The position numbers and the translations under genes are program-made. The notes below the pieces were generated by a model, which had not been told where the DNA came from, made no database searches, and worked only from the letters and a program-made list of their open reading frames with translations. Positions 1-9,600 of a stretch of 64,000 nt of DNA are shown in pieces. The stretch comes from an uncultured archaeon (GTDB taxonomy: Archaea; Altiarchaeota; Altiarchaeia; IMC4; SCGC-AAA252-I15). The stretch covers positions 1 to 64,000 of the forward strand of contig CABMCB010000011.1 in the NCBI GenBank assembly GCA_902384455.1. Direction: 5' to 3'. The first letter of the stretch is position 1. The number at the start of each line of letters is the position of its first letter.

Positions 1-45
1 TATTACTGAGTTGGGTTCGACTACTTTGGCGAGGGATAGGATGTG

Positions 46-1437
46 TTATTTTGGTCCGCTGTAGGTGTGGAGGAATTCTTCTATGGGGTAAGTGTTGTTG
101 AAGAATAGGGCTGTTATGATTATGAGTGTTAGTATGCTTGGTGTGTCTTGTGTGAGGTCGACTATGCTTTTTGTTGTGGGCAGGATGATTGCGGCGGCGA
201 CCATAAGGGCGATTAGCAGGGGTATTGTTATTGTGGGGTCGAATGGCTGGTTTACGGGTAGGTATATGAAAAGCAGCAGCGCTCCTGCAGTGGGAATCCA
301 TTTCCAGCTGGGGTTTTGTTTTCTGAAGTATTCGGGGAGGTTGCTTATTGCGTATGCTATGAGGGCAAGCAGAGGGTAGAACGCGGGGGCTACTCTGCGG
401 GCTGTGGTGGATGTTAGGTTGGCTTGGTAGTCGAATACGAGGAGGAACCAGAATGCGAGCACCGTTGTCATGTATTTGTCGCGTTTAGACAGCAGGTACA
501 CGCCAGCAAGCGCAAGCGCGTATCCTAAGTATGTCGTGGATATTGTGAGCCAGTGGATGCTCAGCGGAGTGGTGACTTCATGGTATATTCCAAGCCACCT
601 GTTTTCTGTTGATATGCCTTGGATGTAGGACAATCCGACTTTGCTCCAAAATGGGTAGTAGAGGGGGAAGGCGATTATCAGCGCGGGCAGAAACAGAAGC
701 CCCAAATCCTTGATTAATTCGCCAACAGGAAGAGTGAAACGGATTCGCTTAATCTCCCCCTCCTGCTTTAATGCGAGAGGGAAGCGGCCTCTGTAGTAAA
801 GCAGAGGGACTATGGCCATGTAAAGCAGGTCGTCTATTCTTGTGACGCTTATTCCTCCGATAAGCAGGCCTATCGCCGCTTTTTTCTTCCAGCTTTTGTC
901 TTTTCCGGCTTGCAATGCGAGGGTGCTTGCTGCGGCCATGAAGAACAGGCTGGGTCCGTTGCTTTTGGCGTATGTGCTTATGGCCCACTGGACCGGGAGG
1001 AATGTTAGCAGCAGCGCGGCGTATGCCGCAGTCTTTTTGTCTCCAAACAGCTCTTTGATGAAGTAGTAGAATGCGGGGATGCAAAGTGAACCGAACACTA
1101 CGCTTGCGAAGTTGGCTGCGAATTCCGCGGAAGATGCGCCCGTCAAAGCCCTATGTATCGCGTAGAATACGACGTATATTATTACTTCCCCAGGATAGCC
1201 TGTGCCGTGCATGTAATGCATCTCATGGGTGGCGTATGTGGCTTCCGCGGCCGTCACCCCTATTACGCTGTCGGTGTGGTATAATCCGCCGTTGATTGTG
1301 GCATAGCGTATTATGAAGGCGAGAAGGAACAATGCGACCGGAACCAGAAGCTTATGGGACGAGGACTCTTTTGACGGAGGTTTTTCTTCCTTAATGCCGG
1401 AGGCCTCTTGTTTGGCGTGTTTTTTGGTGGACGTCAT
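46..1437 (-). CDS. GT-C fold (ArnT/PMT, GT39-like) membrane glycosyltransferase; possibly cut short by an in-frame TAA
   Basis: Multi-TM protein with a luminal loop (GLYHTDS...GYPG) after TM1; the frame continues as plausible protein past the stop. Confidence 0.7.
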   Translation of the reverse strand: MTSTKKHAKQEASGIKEEKPPSKESSSHKLLVPVALFLLAFIIRYATINGGLYHTDSVIGVTAAEATYATHEMHYMHGTGYPGEVIIYVVFYAIHRALTGASSAEFAANFASVVFGSLCIPAFYYFIKELFGDKKTAAYAALLLTFLPVQWAISTYAKSNGPSLFFMAAASTLALQAGKDKSWKKKAAIGLLIGGISVTRIDDLLYMAIVPLLYYRGRFPLALKQEGEIKRIRFTLPVGELIKDLGLLFLPALIIAFPLYYPFWSKVGLSYIQGISTENRWLGIYHEVTTPLSIHWLTISTTYLGYALALAGVYLLSKRDKYMTTVLAFWFLLVFDYQANLTSTTARRVAPAFYPLLALIAYAISNLPEYFRKQNPSWKWIPTAGALLLFIYLPVNQPFDPTITIPLLIALMVAAAIILPTTKSIVDLTQDTPSILTLIIITALFFNNTYPIEEFLHTYSGPK

Positions 1438-1460
1438 CTCTAACTCTTAGTTCCACCTCG

Positions 1461-1468
1461 TTTATAAG
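1461..1468 (-). promoter_or_regulatory. Putative TATA box (CTTATAAA on minus strand)
   Basis: About 25 nt upstream of the ATG at 1437; the same octamer lies at similar spacing before aIF2alpha. Confidence 0.5.
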
Positions 1469-1472
1469 CGGG

Positions 1473-2420
1473 TTATCTGCCTTTTGGGCGAGCGTAAGAA
1501 GACACTTCAGGCCCCAGTCCTTCGCGGTCCAACAGTCGGCCGATGGGCCTGAATGGCGCTGATATGAACTCTGATATTTGGTCTGCTATGAGGTATAGGC
1601 TGAATAGTTTTGATTGGGATTCGTTTCTGCGTTTGGGGTTGTAGAGCACTTTGTCTGCGAGCCCTGTTGCGTGGAGCGCCGCGAATGCGGTCTGCAGGAG
1701 AAGGCTGTGGGCGTCTTCTCGGACTGTTTCTGTTTTTTCCACAGTAAAGCCGTTTTCTTCCAGTATGCGCGCAAGAGTTTTTGGCGTGAAATATGTCAGA
1801 TGCTTTGGGGGAGTAATCCACTCCCAGTTTTTCCCGAACAACCTCGACGGAAGTCCCCCGATGTTGGGCGTTTGAATTACGAGCAATCCTTTCGGCTTGA
1901 GTAATCGGCGTATTTCACTCAGATAAGACGCGGGGTTTGACAGGTGCTCCAAAACATGATGCAGGCAGACGATGTCGTAAGAGGCCGTAGGCAGTTTTGC
2001 GGCTGTAAGGTCTGATTCGATTATTGTGAGGTCGTATGTTTTTCTTGCGTGTTCTGCCGCGTCTTTGCCTACTTCTATTCCTGTTACTTGGAATCCTTGT
2101 TTTCTGGCTGCGTCTAGGAATTGGCCGCTTCCGCATCCGACGTCGAGTAGTGTTGCGTTTTTTTGCGGTTTTATTTCTCTGATTTTTTTGGCGCGGTTGT
2201 TGTTTGCTTTTTTTAGGCGGGTGTTTGCGGCGAACAGGTAGGTGTAGTCAAATTGGTTTGTGTAGAAGTCGGATAGTTCTTTTTGCGTTGGGAGTGGGTT
2301 GACGTATGTTAGGCGGCATTTTTGGCATTCTGCTATGTCGTATTTTTTTCCGTGTATTTTTTTTGAGTGCTTTAGTTTGGCGTCTTTTGATTTGCACAGC
2401 GGGCAGGGGGACATGTTCAT
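1473..2420 (-). CDS. Class I SAM-dependent methyltransferase with N-terminal Zn ribbon
   Basis: CPLC...CQKC, LLDVGCGSG motif I, HVLEH, LKPKG. Confidence 0.85.
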   Translation of the reverse strand: MNMSPCPLCKSKDAKLKHSKKIHGKKYDIAECQKCRLTYVNPLPTQKELSDFYTNQFDYTYLFAANTRLKKANNNRAKKIREIKPQKNATLLDVGCGSGQFLDAARKQGFQVTGIEVGKDAAEHARKTYDLTIIESDLTAAKLPTASYDIVCLHHVLEHLSNPASYLSEIRRLLKPKGLLVIQTPNIGGLPSRLFGKNWEWITPPKHLTYFTPKTLARILEENGFTVEKTETVREDAHSLLLQTAFAALHATGLADKVLYNPKRRNESQSKLFSLYLIADQISEFISAPFRPIGRLLDREGLGPEVSSYARPKGR

Positions 2421-2428
2421 TGTTGGTT

Positions 2429-3163
2429 TTAGAATCCGAGTCGCAGCCTTAGTACTGTGAGGGGGTATTCTATTTTTACTTTCATGTTGGCTTTGCTTTT
2501 GCCTATTTTGCGGTTGACGAATTTTACGGGGATTTCTTTCATAGTGAATCCTTTCTTGTGTATTTTATACAGGATTTCCGCGCCTATGCAGTATCCCCAG
2601 CTGACGAAATGGTCTAGGTCTATGGACTCGAGGACTTTCCGCCGGTAGCATTTGAATCCGCCGCTTACTTCTTTTATCGGCAGCCCAAGTATTACGCGGT
2701 CGTATTTGTTGGCTATTTTTGAAAGAAGGATGTTTTTGGGGTCGCAGTTTATGAATTCTCCGCCTGCTACGTAGCGGCTTCCAATCGCCACGTCCGCTTC
2801 TTTTACTGCCTCCAGAAGGCGGGGTATGTCTTGCGGGTCGTGGCTTCCGTCGGCGTCCATCTCTATGACGCACGTCGCATCCCACATTAACGCCTCCTTG
2901 AACCCCCTTATTCCCGCTGTTCCGCGCCCTTTCTCGCCTTTACGGTGGATGACTTTAATCCTGCCCCAGTATTTTTTTGCTAGTTCGTCCGCCAAGTCTC
3001 CTGTTCCGTCGGGACTGTCGTCGTCCACAATCACAAGGCGGATTCTTTTGCCTTGCGAAAGAATCTTAGGGACGATTAACGGCAGATTCCCCTGCTCATT
3101 AAAAGTAGGCAGCATAACGACAGGGCAAGCAGACGGGTCACTGCCTTCGCTTGTCGAATCCAT
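2429..3163 (-). CDS. Polyprenol-monophosphomannose synthase-like GT2 (DPM1 family)
   Basis: PTFNE, VDDDSPDGT, EMDADGSH, IGSRY motifs. Confidence 0.85.
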   Translation of the reverse strand: MDSTSEGSDPSACPVVMLPTFNEQGNLPLIVPKILSQGKRIRLVIVDDDSPDGTGDLADELAKKYWGRIKVIHRKGEKGRGTAGIRGFKEALMWDATCVIEMDADGSHDPQDIPRLLEAVKEADVAIGSRYVAGGEFINCDPKNILLSKIANKYDRVILGLPIKEVSGGFKCYRRKVLESIDLDHFVSWGYCIGAEILYKIHKKGFTMKEIPVKFVNRKIGKSKANMKVKIEYPLTVLRLRLGF

Positions 3164-3172
3164 CGCTTAAAG

Positions 3173-3949
3173 TTACCTTATGTAAGATACCGTCGAATCG
3201 TCAGGATAATCCTGCTGGCGCCCCTCCATCTGGTTGGCAGCCATCATCTGAGATATTTTGGCTATCTGCGACTCAGTCTCCTTCGCCTTCTTCTTCAGTT
3301 CGGTCATGTCGACTGGGACTTTGATCAGGCGAGCAAGAACTTCAAGTACAGCTTCGGCGCTCTTGGCGTCAATAATCTGGCCGTGCGTTTCTCCCATCAG
3401 GCATATTGCTTCGATGTTTCTTCGCATGCCCAATCCCAGAAGCAGTCCGCTTGCTCCGAATATTATGCCTCCTCCGCGGAATACTACGCCTGCTTCTTCG
3501 ACTTCTTTCTTCAGGTGGGCGTTTGTGGCTGCGCCGAACACCGTGGGACTGGTTGTTATGTGGCCGGTTCCCAGGCCGCCTAATGTGAATATTTTGTGTA
3601 CGCCCAGTGTTTGGACGTAGTCGAGTGTTTTTTCTGTGAGTTGATATTGGCTGTCGGGGGTGATTCCCTGGAAGTCTCCCAGCAGCAGTATTATGTCGTT
3701 TTTTGCGGGGTCGTTGAATGCGTGGTAGTAGAACTCCATGTTGACTAGCCGCAACGTGCCGTCGTCCTTTATTATCACTTGCGTCGGCTTGTATGGGCTT
3801 GTTATTTCCGCGAACTTTATTGCCTTAATCTGGTCTTTCAGGTGGTCTCCGGCCAGTTTCCCCACCAGCCCTATTCCAGGCAGTCCTTCGACGAGTATGG
3901 GTTTGTTTAAGTGGGGTTGCTCTAACGTGTGTATTATAACGTCATCCAT
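3173..3949 (-). CDS. Proteasome assembly chaperone (PAC2 family)
   Basis: EGLPGIGLVGKLA, CLMGET, C-terminal YIR; conserved aIF2alpha-nop10-PAC2 context. Confidence 0.9.
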   Translation of the reverse strand: MDDVIIHTLEQPHLNKPILVEGLPGIGLVGKLAGDHLKDQIKAIKFAEITSPYKPTQVIIKDDGTLRLVNMEFYYHAFNDPAKNDIILLLGDFQGITPDSQYQLTEKTLDYVQTLGVHKIFTLGGLGTGHITTSPTVFGAATNAHLKKEVEEAGVVFRGGGIIFGASGLLLGLGMRRNIEAICLMGETHGQIIDAKSAEAVLEVLARLIKVPVDMTELKKKAKETESQIAKISQMMAANQMEGRQQDYPDDSTVSYIR

Positions 3950-4118
3950 TTTTTTCCTCCTTCTTTTCTGACTCTTTTTTCATTATACGCCTGTATCGGC
4001 CGTACGGGTCTTCTGGGGAGTATTTTGGCGGTTCGACCGGCGGATTCTCTTTTCCTGACTGGGGGTCGATGTCTTCAAGCGTGTACTGCTTTGTTGTGCG
4101 GTTGCGTCTTATGCGCAT
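3942..4118 (-). CDS. nop10: H/ACA RNP protein Nop10 (58 aa, not in ORF track)
   Basis: Manual translation MRIRRNRTTKQYTLEDIDPQSGKENPPVEPPKYSPEDPYGRYRRIMKKESEKKEEKNG; YTL and PPKYSPEDPYGRYRR signature; syntenic. Confidence 0.9.
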   Translation of the reverse strand: MRIRRNRTTKQYTLEDIDPQSGKENPPVEPPKYSPEDPYGRYRRIMKKESEKKEEKNG

Positions 4119-4120
4119 TT

Positions 4121-4930
4121 CTATGATGTTGCTGCTGCCTGTTTTAGTTCCCGGTGGAATGTTCCTTCGCCGTTTTTCTCCTTGATTACTTTGATTCCGG
4201 CTTCTATTGCTTCTTTGAGTACGCGTTCTGACGTTTTGTAGTCTGGTCCGCGGACTTTGACTCGGTATATTGGGGCGCTTATGTATGATATTGTTACGGC
4301 GCAGTCTGGGTCCACGTAGTCGTGTATAGCTTTGAGCGCCTCAGTTAGGTGTTTGACGCCCTGACCGTCGTAGGATTTTAGTTCGGCGTAGCCGGTTATT
4401 TCTACGAACGGGGGTTTGATGCTTTTTTGGATTATTTCTTTGAGTGGTTTGCGTTTTTTGGGGTTTATTTTTATTTTATCGACTATTGAGGGGTCTATTG
4501 CGACTGCTTCGAATCCTTCGTATAGGGTGGGGTATTCTTCGAATGCTTCTTCGAGTTCGGCAAGTATTGCTGCTGGGTCTTCGCCGAATTCTTTGGCCAG
4601 TATTTCAGTGAGTTTTTCTGCCCGCTGTTTTTGTTTGACTAATTGAAGTTTCTCTTTCTTTTGGGCTTCTGTTACGCGGCGCAGTGAAAGGTCTATGTGG
4701 CCTTTTTCGGTGTCTACGCGCAGTACTTGTAGGACTACTTTCTGGTCTTTTTTGACGTAGTCGTGGATGTTTCGCACCCATTTGAGGCTTATTTCTCTGA
4801 GGGGTAGTATGCCTTTTTTGTCTTGGTATTCGTCTAGGGTTATGAATGCGCCTTGGTTGAATATTGTCTCGACTGTGCCTATGATGAGTTCGCCCACGTC
4901 GGGGTAGGAGTCTGCTTGTTCTTTTGGCAT
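4121..4930 (-). CDS. eif2a: Translation initiation factor 2 alpha subunit
   Basis: YPDVGELIIGTV S1 domain, KGHIDLSLRRV, YISAPIYRV. Confidence 0.95.
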   Translation of the reverse strand: MPKEQADSYPDVGELIIGTVETIFNQGAFITLDEYQDKKGILPLREISLKWVRNIHDYVKKDQKVVLQVLRVDTEKGHIDLSLRRVTEAQKKEKLQLVKQKQRAEKLTEILAKEFGEDPAAILAELEEAFEEYPTLYEGFEAVAIDPSIVDKIKINPKKRKPLKEIIQKSIKPPFVEITGYAELKSYDGQGVKHLTEALKAIHDYVDPDCAVTISYISAPIYRVKVRGPDYKTSERVLKEAIEAGIKVIKEKNGEGTFHRELKQAAATS

Positions 4931-4955
4931 CGGAGTATTGATATGTTTAGCGGCC

Positions 4956-4963
4956 TTTATAAG
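4956..4963 (-). promoter_or_regulatory. Putative TATA box (CTTATAAA on minus strand)
   Basis: About 26 nt upstream of the aIF2alpha ATG, consistent with a leaderless transcript. Confidence 0.5.
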
Positions 4964-5045
4964 GTCTTTTTTTGTTGTTGGTCGTGTTTTTGTGTTTGTG
5001 TTTTCAGTTGTCTTTTTTATCGGGGTGCCCTAAATTAGTTGTATT

Positions 5046-5552
5046 ATGGTCGCCGTTGATAAGGGTGAGGGTATGCGGGAGCATTCGTTTATGGTTTTGG
5101 TTGAGCATCGGCCGGGTGTGATGCAGCAGGTGTCTAGTTTGTTTAGTCGTAGGCGGTTCAATATTGATAGTATTACTGTTGGTGCTACTGAGAATCCGGA
5201 TATTGCTCGTATGACTATTCGGACTCGGGGTGATGAGCGTATTTTGGCGCAGATTGTGAAGCAGTTGAATAAGCTTGTTCCGGTCATCAAGGTGATTGAT
5301 TTGGATCCGGAGGGCACTGTTTTTAGGGAATTGTGTCTTGTGAAGATTAGTGCGCCGACTGAGGAGAAGAAGGGGCAGCTTATTCAGTATGCGCAGGTTT
5401 TTAGGGGTAGTATTGTTGATGTTTCTCCTAAGAGTGTTACTATTGAGATTACGGGGGATATGAGCAAGATTGACGCTTTTTTGCAGCTTGTGAAGCCTTT
5501 TGGGATTAAGGAGGTGGCGCGTACCGGAGCCACCGCTTTGCAGCGCGGGTAA
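5046..5552 (+). CDS. ilvH: Acetolactate synthase small (regulatory) subunit
   Basis: [30 protein letters not shown] domain, [18 protein letters not shown]; start may be 5073. Confidence 0.92.
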   Translation: MVAVDKGEGMREHSFMVLVEHRPGVMQQVSSLFSRRRFNIDSITVGATENPDIARMTIRTRGDERILAQIVKQLNKLVPVIKVIDLDPEGTVFRELCLVKISAPTEEKKGQLIQYAQVFRGSIVDVSPKSVTIEITGDMSKIDAFLQLVKPFGIKEVARTGATALQRG

Positions 5553-5555
5553 TTT

Positions 5556-6644
5556 ATGGCGTCTTCTTACCGCCTTTTCAGGTTCGCCGGCATTGACGTT
5601 GACGTCCATGTTTCTTTCATATTTTTTTTCCTTCTTTTGGCTTTGACTGGGGGGGCTAACGTCTTTTTTTATGTGGTGGTTTTTGGCGTCGTCTTGTTGC
5701 ACGAGTTTTCTCATTCTATGGTTTCGCAGTTTTTCAGGATAAAAGTCAACAGGATTGTTCTTTTGCCTATAGGCGGCATGGCGAACATTGAGTTGCCGCA
5801 AGACCCTGTTAAGGAGTTGTTGATTTCCGCGGCTGGGCCGGCGTTCAACTTTGTTTTTGCGGGAGCGTGCTTTTTGGGTTTAATGTGGCTTGGCGCGGGC
5901 GTGGGCGATTACGGAGCCATTATGGACGGCGTAGATTCGGGTGCGCTGTCTGCGTTGAGTCCTCCGGTTGCTTTGAGTATTCTTTTCTACGTCAACATGG
6001 TTTTGGGTTTGTTCAACGTGTTGCCTGCTTTCCCCATGGACGGCGGCCGGTTATTGAGGTCTGTTTTGGCTTTGTGGATGGATTATTTTCAGGCCACTCG
6101 CGTGGCCATCTCGGTGGGTCAGTTGATGTTTTTGCTTCTTATTGTTGCGGGTTTTCTTTTGCCTAATTTTTGGTGGGTTGTTATGGGGGTGTTTCTTTTT
6201 TATTCGGGTTCTGGGGAGCTTAATGTTCTTCGGCTTAAGCAGGCTTATGAGGGGGTGGCGGTTGAGTCTTTGATGCTCAGGAATTTCCGTTTTGTTGACG
6301 GTTCGGTGAGTGTGGGGGATTTTTTGAGGCTTGTTGTTTCTCCGGGGCTACGTTATTACATTGTTGTGGACGGAAGCGGAAACTTCAGGGGGGTTGTTGA
6401 TGCCGAATCTCTCGCTCGCGGAGGCTCTGCGGTCGCCAAGGACCTCATCGCAACGCATGTTGCGCACGGTTACGGCGTTGTTGACGCCGGCTCGCGAGTT
6501 GACTTAGCATTCAAAACGCTTCTTTCAGCACCCGTGACGTTGATTGTTTCAGGCGGCTCGGTCGTCGGTTTAGTCACGGCTTCGGACGTTTGGGAGAACA
6601 CTTCGTTTTACTTGCAAAAGAGAGGCAAAAAACGGCAGGCATAG
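5556..6644 (+). CDS. Site-2 protease (M50) with C-terminal CBS-like region
   Basis: HEFSH, AGPAFN, NVLPAFPMDGGR. Confidence 0.9.
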   Translation: MASSYRLFRFAGIDVDVHVSFIFFFLLLALTGGANVFFYVVVFGVVLLHEFSHSMVSQFFRIKVNRIVLLPIGGMANIELPQDPVKELLISAAGPAFNFVFAGACFLGLMWLGAGVGDYGAIMDGVDSGALSALSPPVALSILFYVNMVLGLFNVLPAFPMDGGRLLRSVLALWMDYFQATRVAISVGQLMFLLLIVAGFLLPNFWWVVMGVFLFYSGSGELNVLRLKQAYEGVAVESLMLRNFRFVDGSVSVGDFLRLVVSPGLRYYIVVDGSGNFRGVVDAESLARGGSAVAKDLIATHVAHGYGVVDAGSRVDLAFKTLLSAPVTLIVSGGSVVGLVTASDVWENTSFYLQKRGKKRQA

Positions 6645-6690
6645 TGGGTTTTTATCCTTTGGAGGAAAATACTATTGTGGTCATTTAATA

Positions 6691-9600
6691 ATGAGGCGAA
6701 ACGCCGACAGTGGGGTTACATTAACGATTGCGGTTTTTATCGTCCTACTCTGGGGCACCTCCTACGTTTCAGCCGCCAACTGCACCATTAATGCGGGTGG
6801 GGCGTGTTTTGGCAGGCCGGCTGCCAAGTGTATTCCTGTGGGTACTCTTAAGGGGTGTAATGAGTACACTTATGCTAATGATCCTTCGGCTGATGCGGCT
6901 TGCGTTGATATTCTTAAGGCGTCTACGGCGGGCGTGAAGGAGGCTATATGCTGTTGCGGTAGGGAATGCAGCACTAATCCGGGCGGAGCGTGCATTGACG
7001 ACACTGGGATGGGGTGCACTAGCGGCGGGGGAGTGTGCCAGATGGGTTTCTATAATTCTCCCGTAGGTGACGATTGGTGTAAGAATTATAAGAACGACAA
7101 GGTTTCTGTATGCTGCTGTAAGCTGCCTTATGACACGTGCAATACGCCGCCGAATAACCCTAAGGAGATGTCTTCGGTTTCGCAGCCGCCGCTTTACGCG
7201 TGCAATGGCCCGCGACAATACGTACTACAGGCATCTGGGAAGTATAGCATAGAAGCTCCTGACGCAGTCCAGTCTACCTGGTGGGAGTACGTTAACATAA
7301 GCCGTTTCGGGGATTTGCTTCGCGATGGCGCGGTGCCTTATGCTATCCCGGTAAAGCCGATTGAAACCACTTCCGCCCAGCAGAACGCCGCGAATTACGC
7401 ATGCCTGCTCAAGTTTGTTCGAGTATGGAACAACGGGAGTATTGAGTGCGGAGACATAGTAACCAACCCGGGCGTATTGGATTACAAATGGCAAAATTGC
7501 TTAGTCAGCACCAACCCCATAAACGACCCTCCTTACACAGGCCTTGACACGATAACGTCCAATCCTGAGAGGGTCGTGGATCACGTCGAACCTTGGCGGG
7601 CTAAGCTGGACAAGTTCACTCAGCTTTGGCCGGTGGACAGAGTGTATAAGATACCTATCAGCAGCACCACTACGACAACTACTACTCCAGTAGGTCCTGC
7701 GCCAGGCGGAAGCACCACAACCACTGTTCCTGCAGGCATTAAGTTTGCGAAACATTTCGGAAACGTCACTGTCATAAGCGGCGTTTACTCGGTCATCGGC
7801 ATCAACGACGCAGGCTACGTTAATACCCGTAAGTCGATTGCGGACCAGAGGAGGGGTTATGAAAACCAGCCTCCTGGTTCAACCATCGATCCGAGTAGGG
7901 CCGAACAAGGGAATGAACAAGGCGATTCGCCCGAGACTATAGACAAGGACTACCATGTGGATTTTGTTCTTGCCAGAGGATGCGATGTAGTCGGGACGGA
8001 GGAGATAAACCGCCACTGCAAGAACGAGCCTCTCCAGGACATTAAAGACAACTGGACGTATACTCAAAACATCGGATGGGGAACTAATTTCTCTTCATGC
8101 AGGTGGAAGATTTATGACGGAGGCAAATTCTACGACTACCCGGGCGTTTACATCGTAGTGTTCAACAAGTCGCGCTTTGGAGGCGACCGGGGACTAAGCT
8201 TTTACACGGTGTACGAGAGCCAGCTGAACGACGTAAACCACATCACAGAAGACGACGTTAAATCGGCTTTAGCGTGGAACATGCAAGCAGGAGCCCGCAT
8301 ATTAGGCTGCGACACCTGCCCCCGAGGAAGCTCAACATGCTCCATGGGCTCGTCGCTAAGATGGTACTGGTACTTCATGAACAGCATCGCAATGGACCCC
8401 GTCAAGTCCAAAAAAGTATCCGAATACGACCCGCGAGTTTTCCTAAACAGCACGCCATTCGACTACGGAGCATTTTACTTAAAACAACCAGTGAACGTGC
8501 GTTGCGGCGAATTCGGCCTTACCGAGCACTGGAAGATTCCGCTGTACCCTACGCGACTGTATAACTCAAGGTATTTCTATCTTGACACCCGCTGGAACTA
8601 CGAGCATGAATGGGACATGGATGCCTGGGGAATTGGCGCGCCGCTGCCCGGACCTTTGAACCAGACTTACTGGAGGAATGCCCCGTACAATGTTATGCTT
8701 AAGGCCACTGACTTTTTCCATACCGCGGATTACTTCGGTTTTTATGACGCTGACGACGAGGACCAGGATCTGTGGAACTGGCTTGAGAAGCCGTATGATG
8801 ACAGGCCGTGGTGGGTGAAGACTATTTCAGGTGTGACTCAGTGGATTCTTAATTTGTTTGTAGACAAGTATACGGAGTGCCCTGGTTCTGCCCCCCGTAG
8901 AGGGGAGTGTTTTGATGACATGAGTTTTGATTATGAGAGCCTTATTCCGGATAAGGCTACTGACCCGAATAATCCTACGGCGTCAGACATTCGCACTAGC
9001 TTAAGGTCTATTAGGACCATTTTGAGCGGAACCCTGATTAGGGAGACGGAAGGGAAGTCTGCCGGCCTGTGGAAGGATAACGCGCACGTATATGTTTTCC
9101 CTTGTCCTGAGGGCACTACTCGCGAGTGCTATAGGTGGTGGGACCATTGGGTGGACACCCCGCCTCCTGGGCATATGGCGCATGATTGCGTGGACTGGAG
9201 GTTGCATAGCCCCACGACTGGAGGATGGTCTCAGTACCCATTGTGTCCTCCAGGCGGCACTATCGCAAAGCTTGTTTCGCGCACATATTACTTTGACTAC
9301 GGCAAGTCGATGGGGCTTGTTGGGCCCGGCACGTTCTTAGGCTACGACGGGCCGCCTTATGATACTGCTTACTGGTCTTATCCCTTAAACAGGAGCAGTT
9401 ACCCCATGGATTGGTATAAGTATGATGAGCCGAATCCTTACAATTACAGCGATTATCCTTTGACTGGGTTCGATTGTAATGAGGATTATGCGGACTCGTT
9501 TAACGTCTGCAATCCGCCGGGTCCTGGTTGGTATTACTGCAATGTTTTCCCAAATGAGATCGGGGGGATACAAGGCATGTGTCCGCCTACGACCACGACG

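Noticed and set aside
5004-5801. 265-aa minus-strand ORF
   Set aside because: Antisense shadow of ilvH and the M50 protease caused by compositional skew
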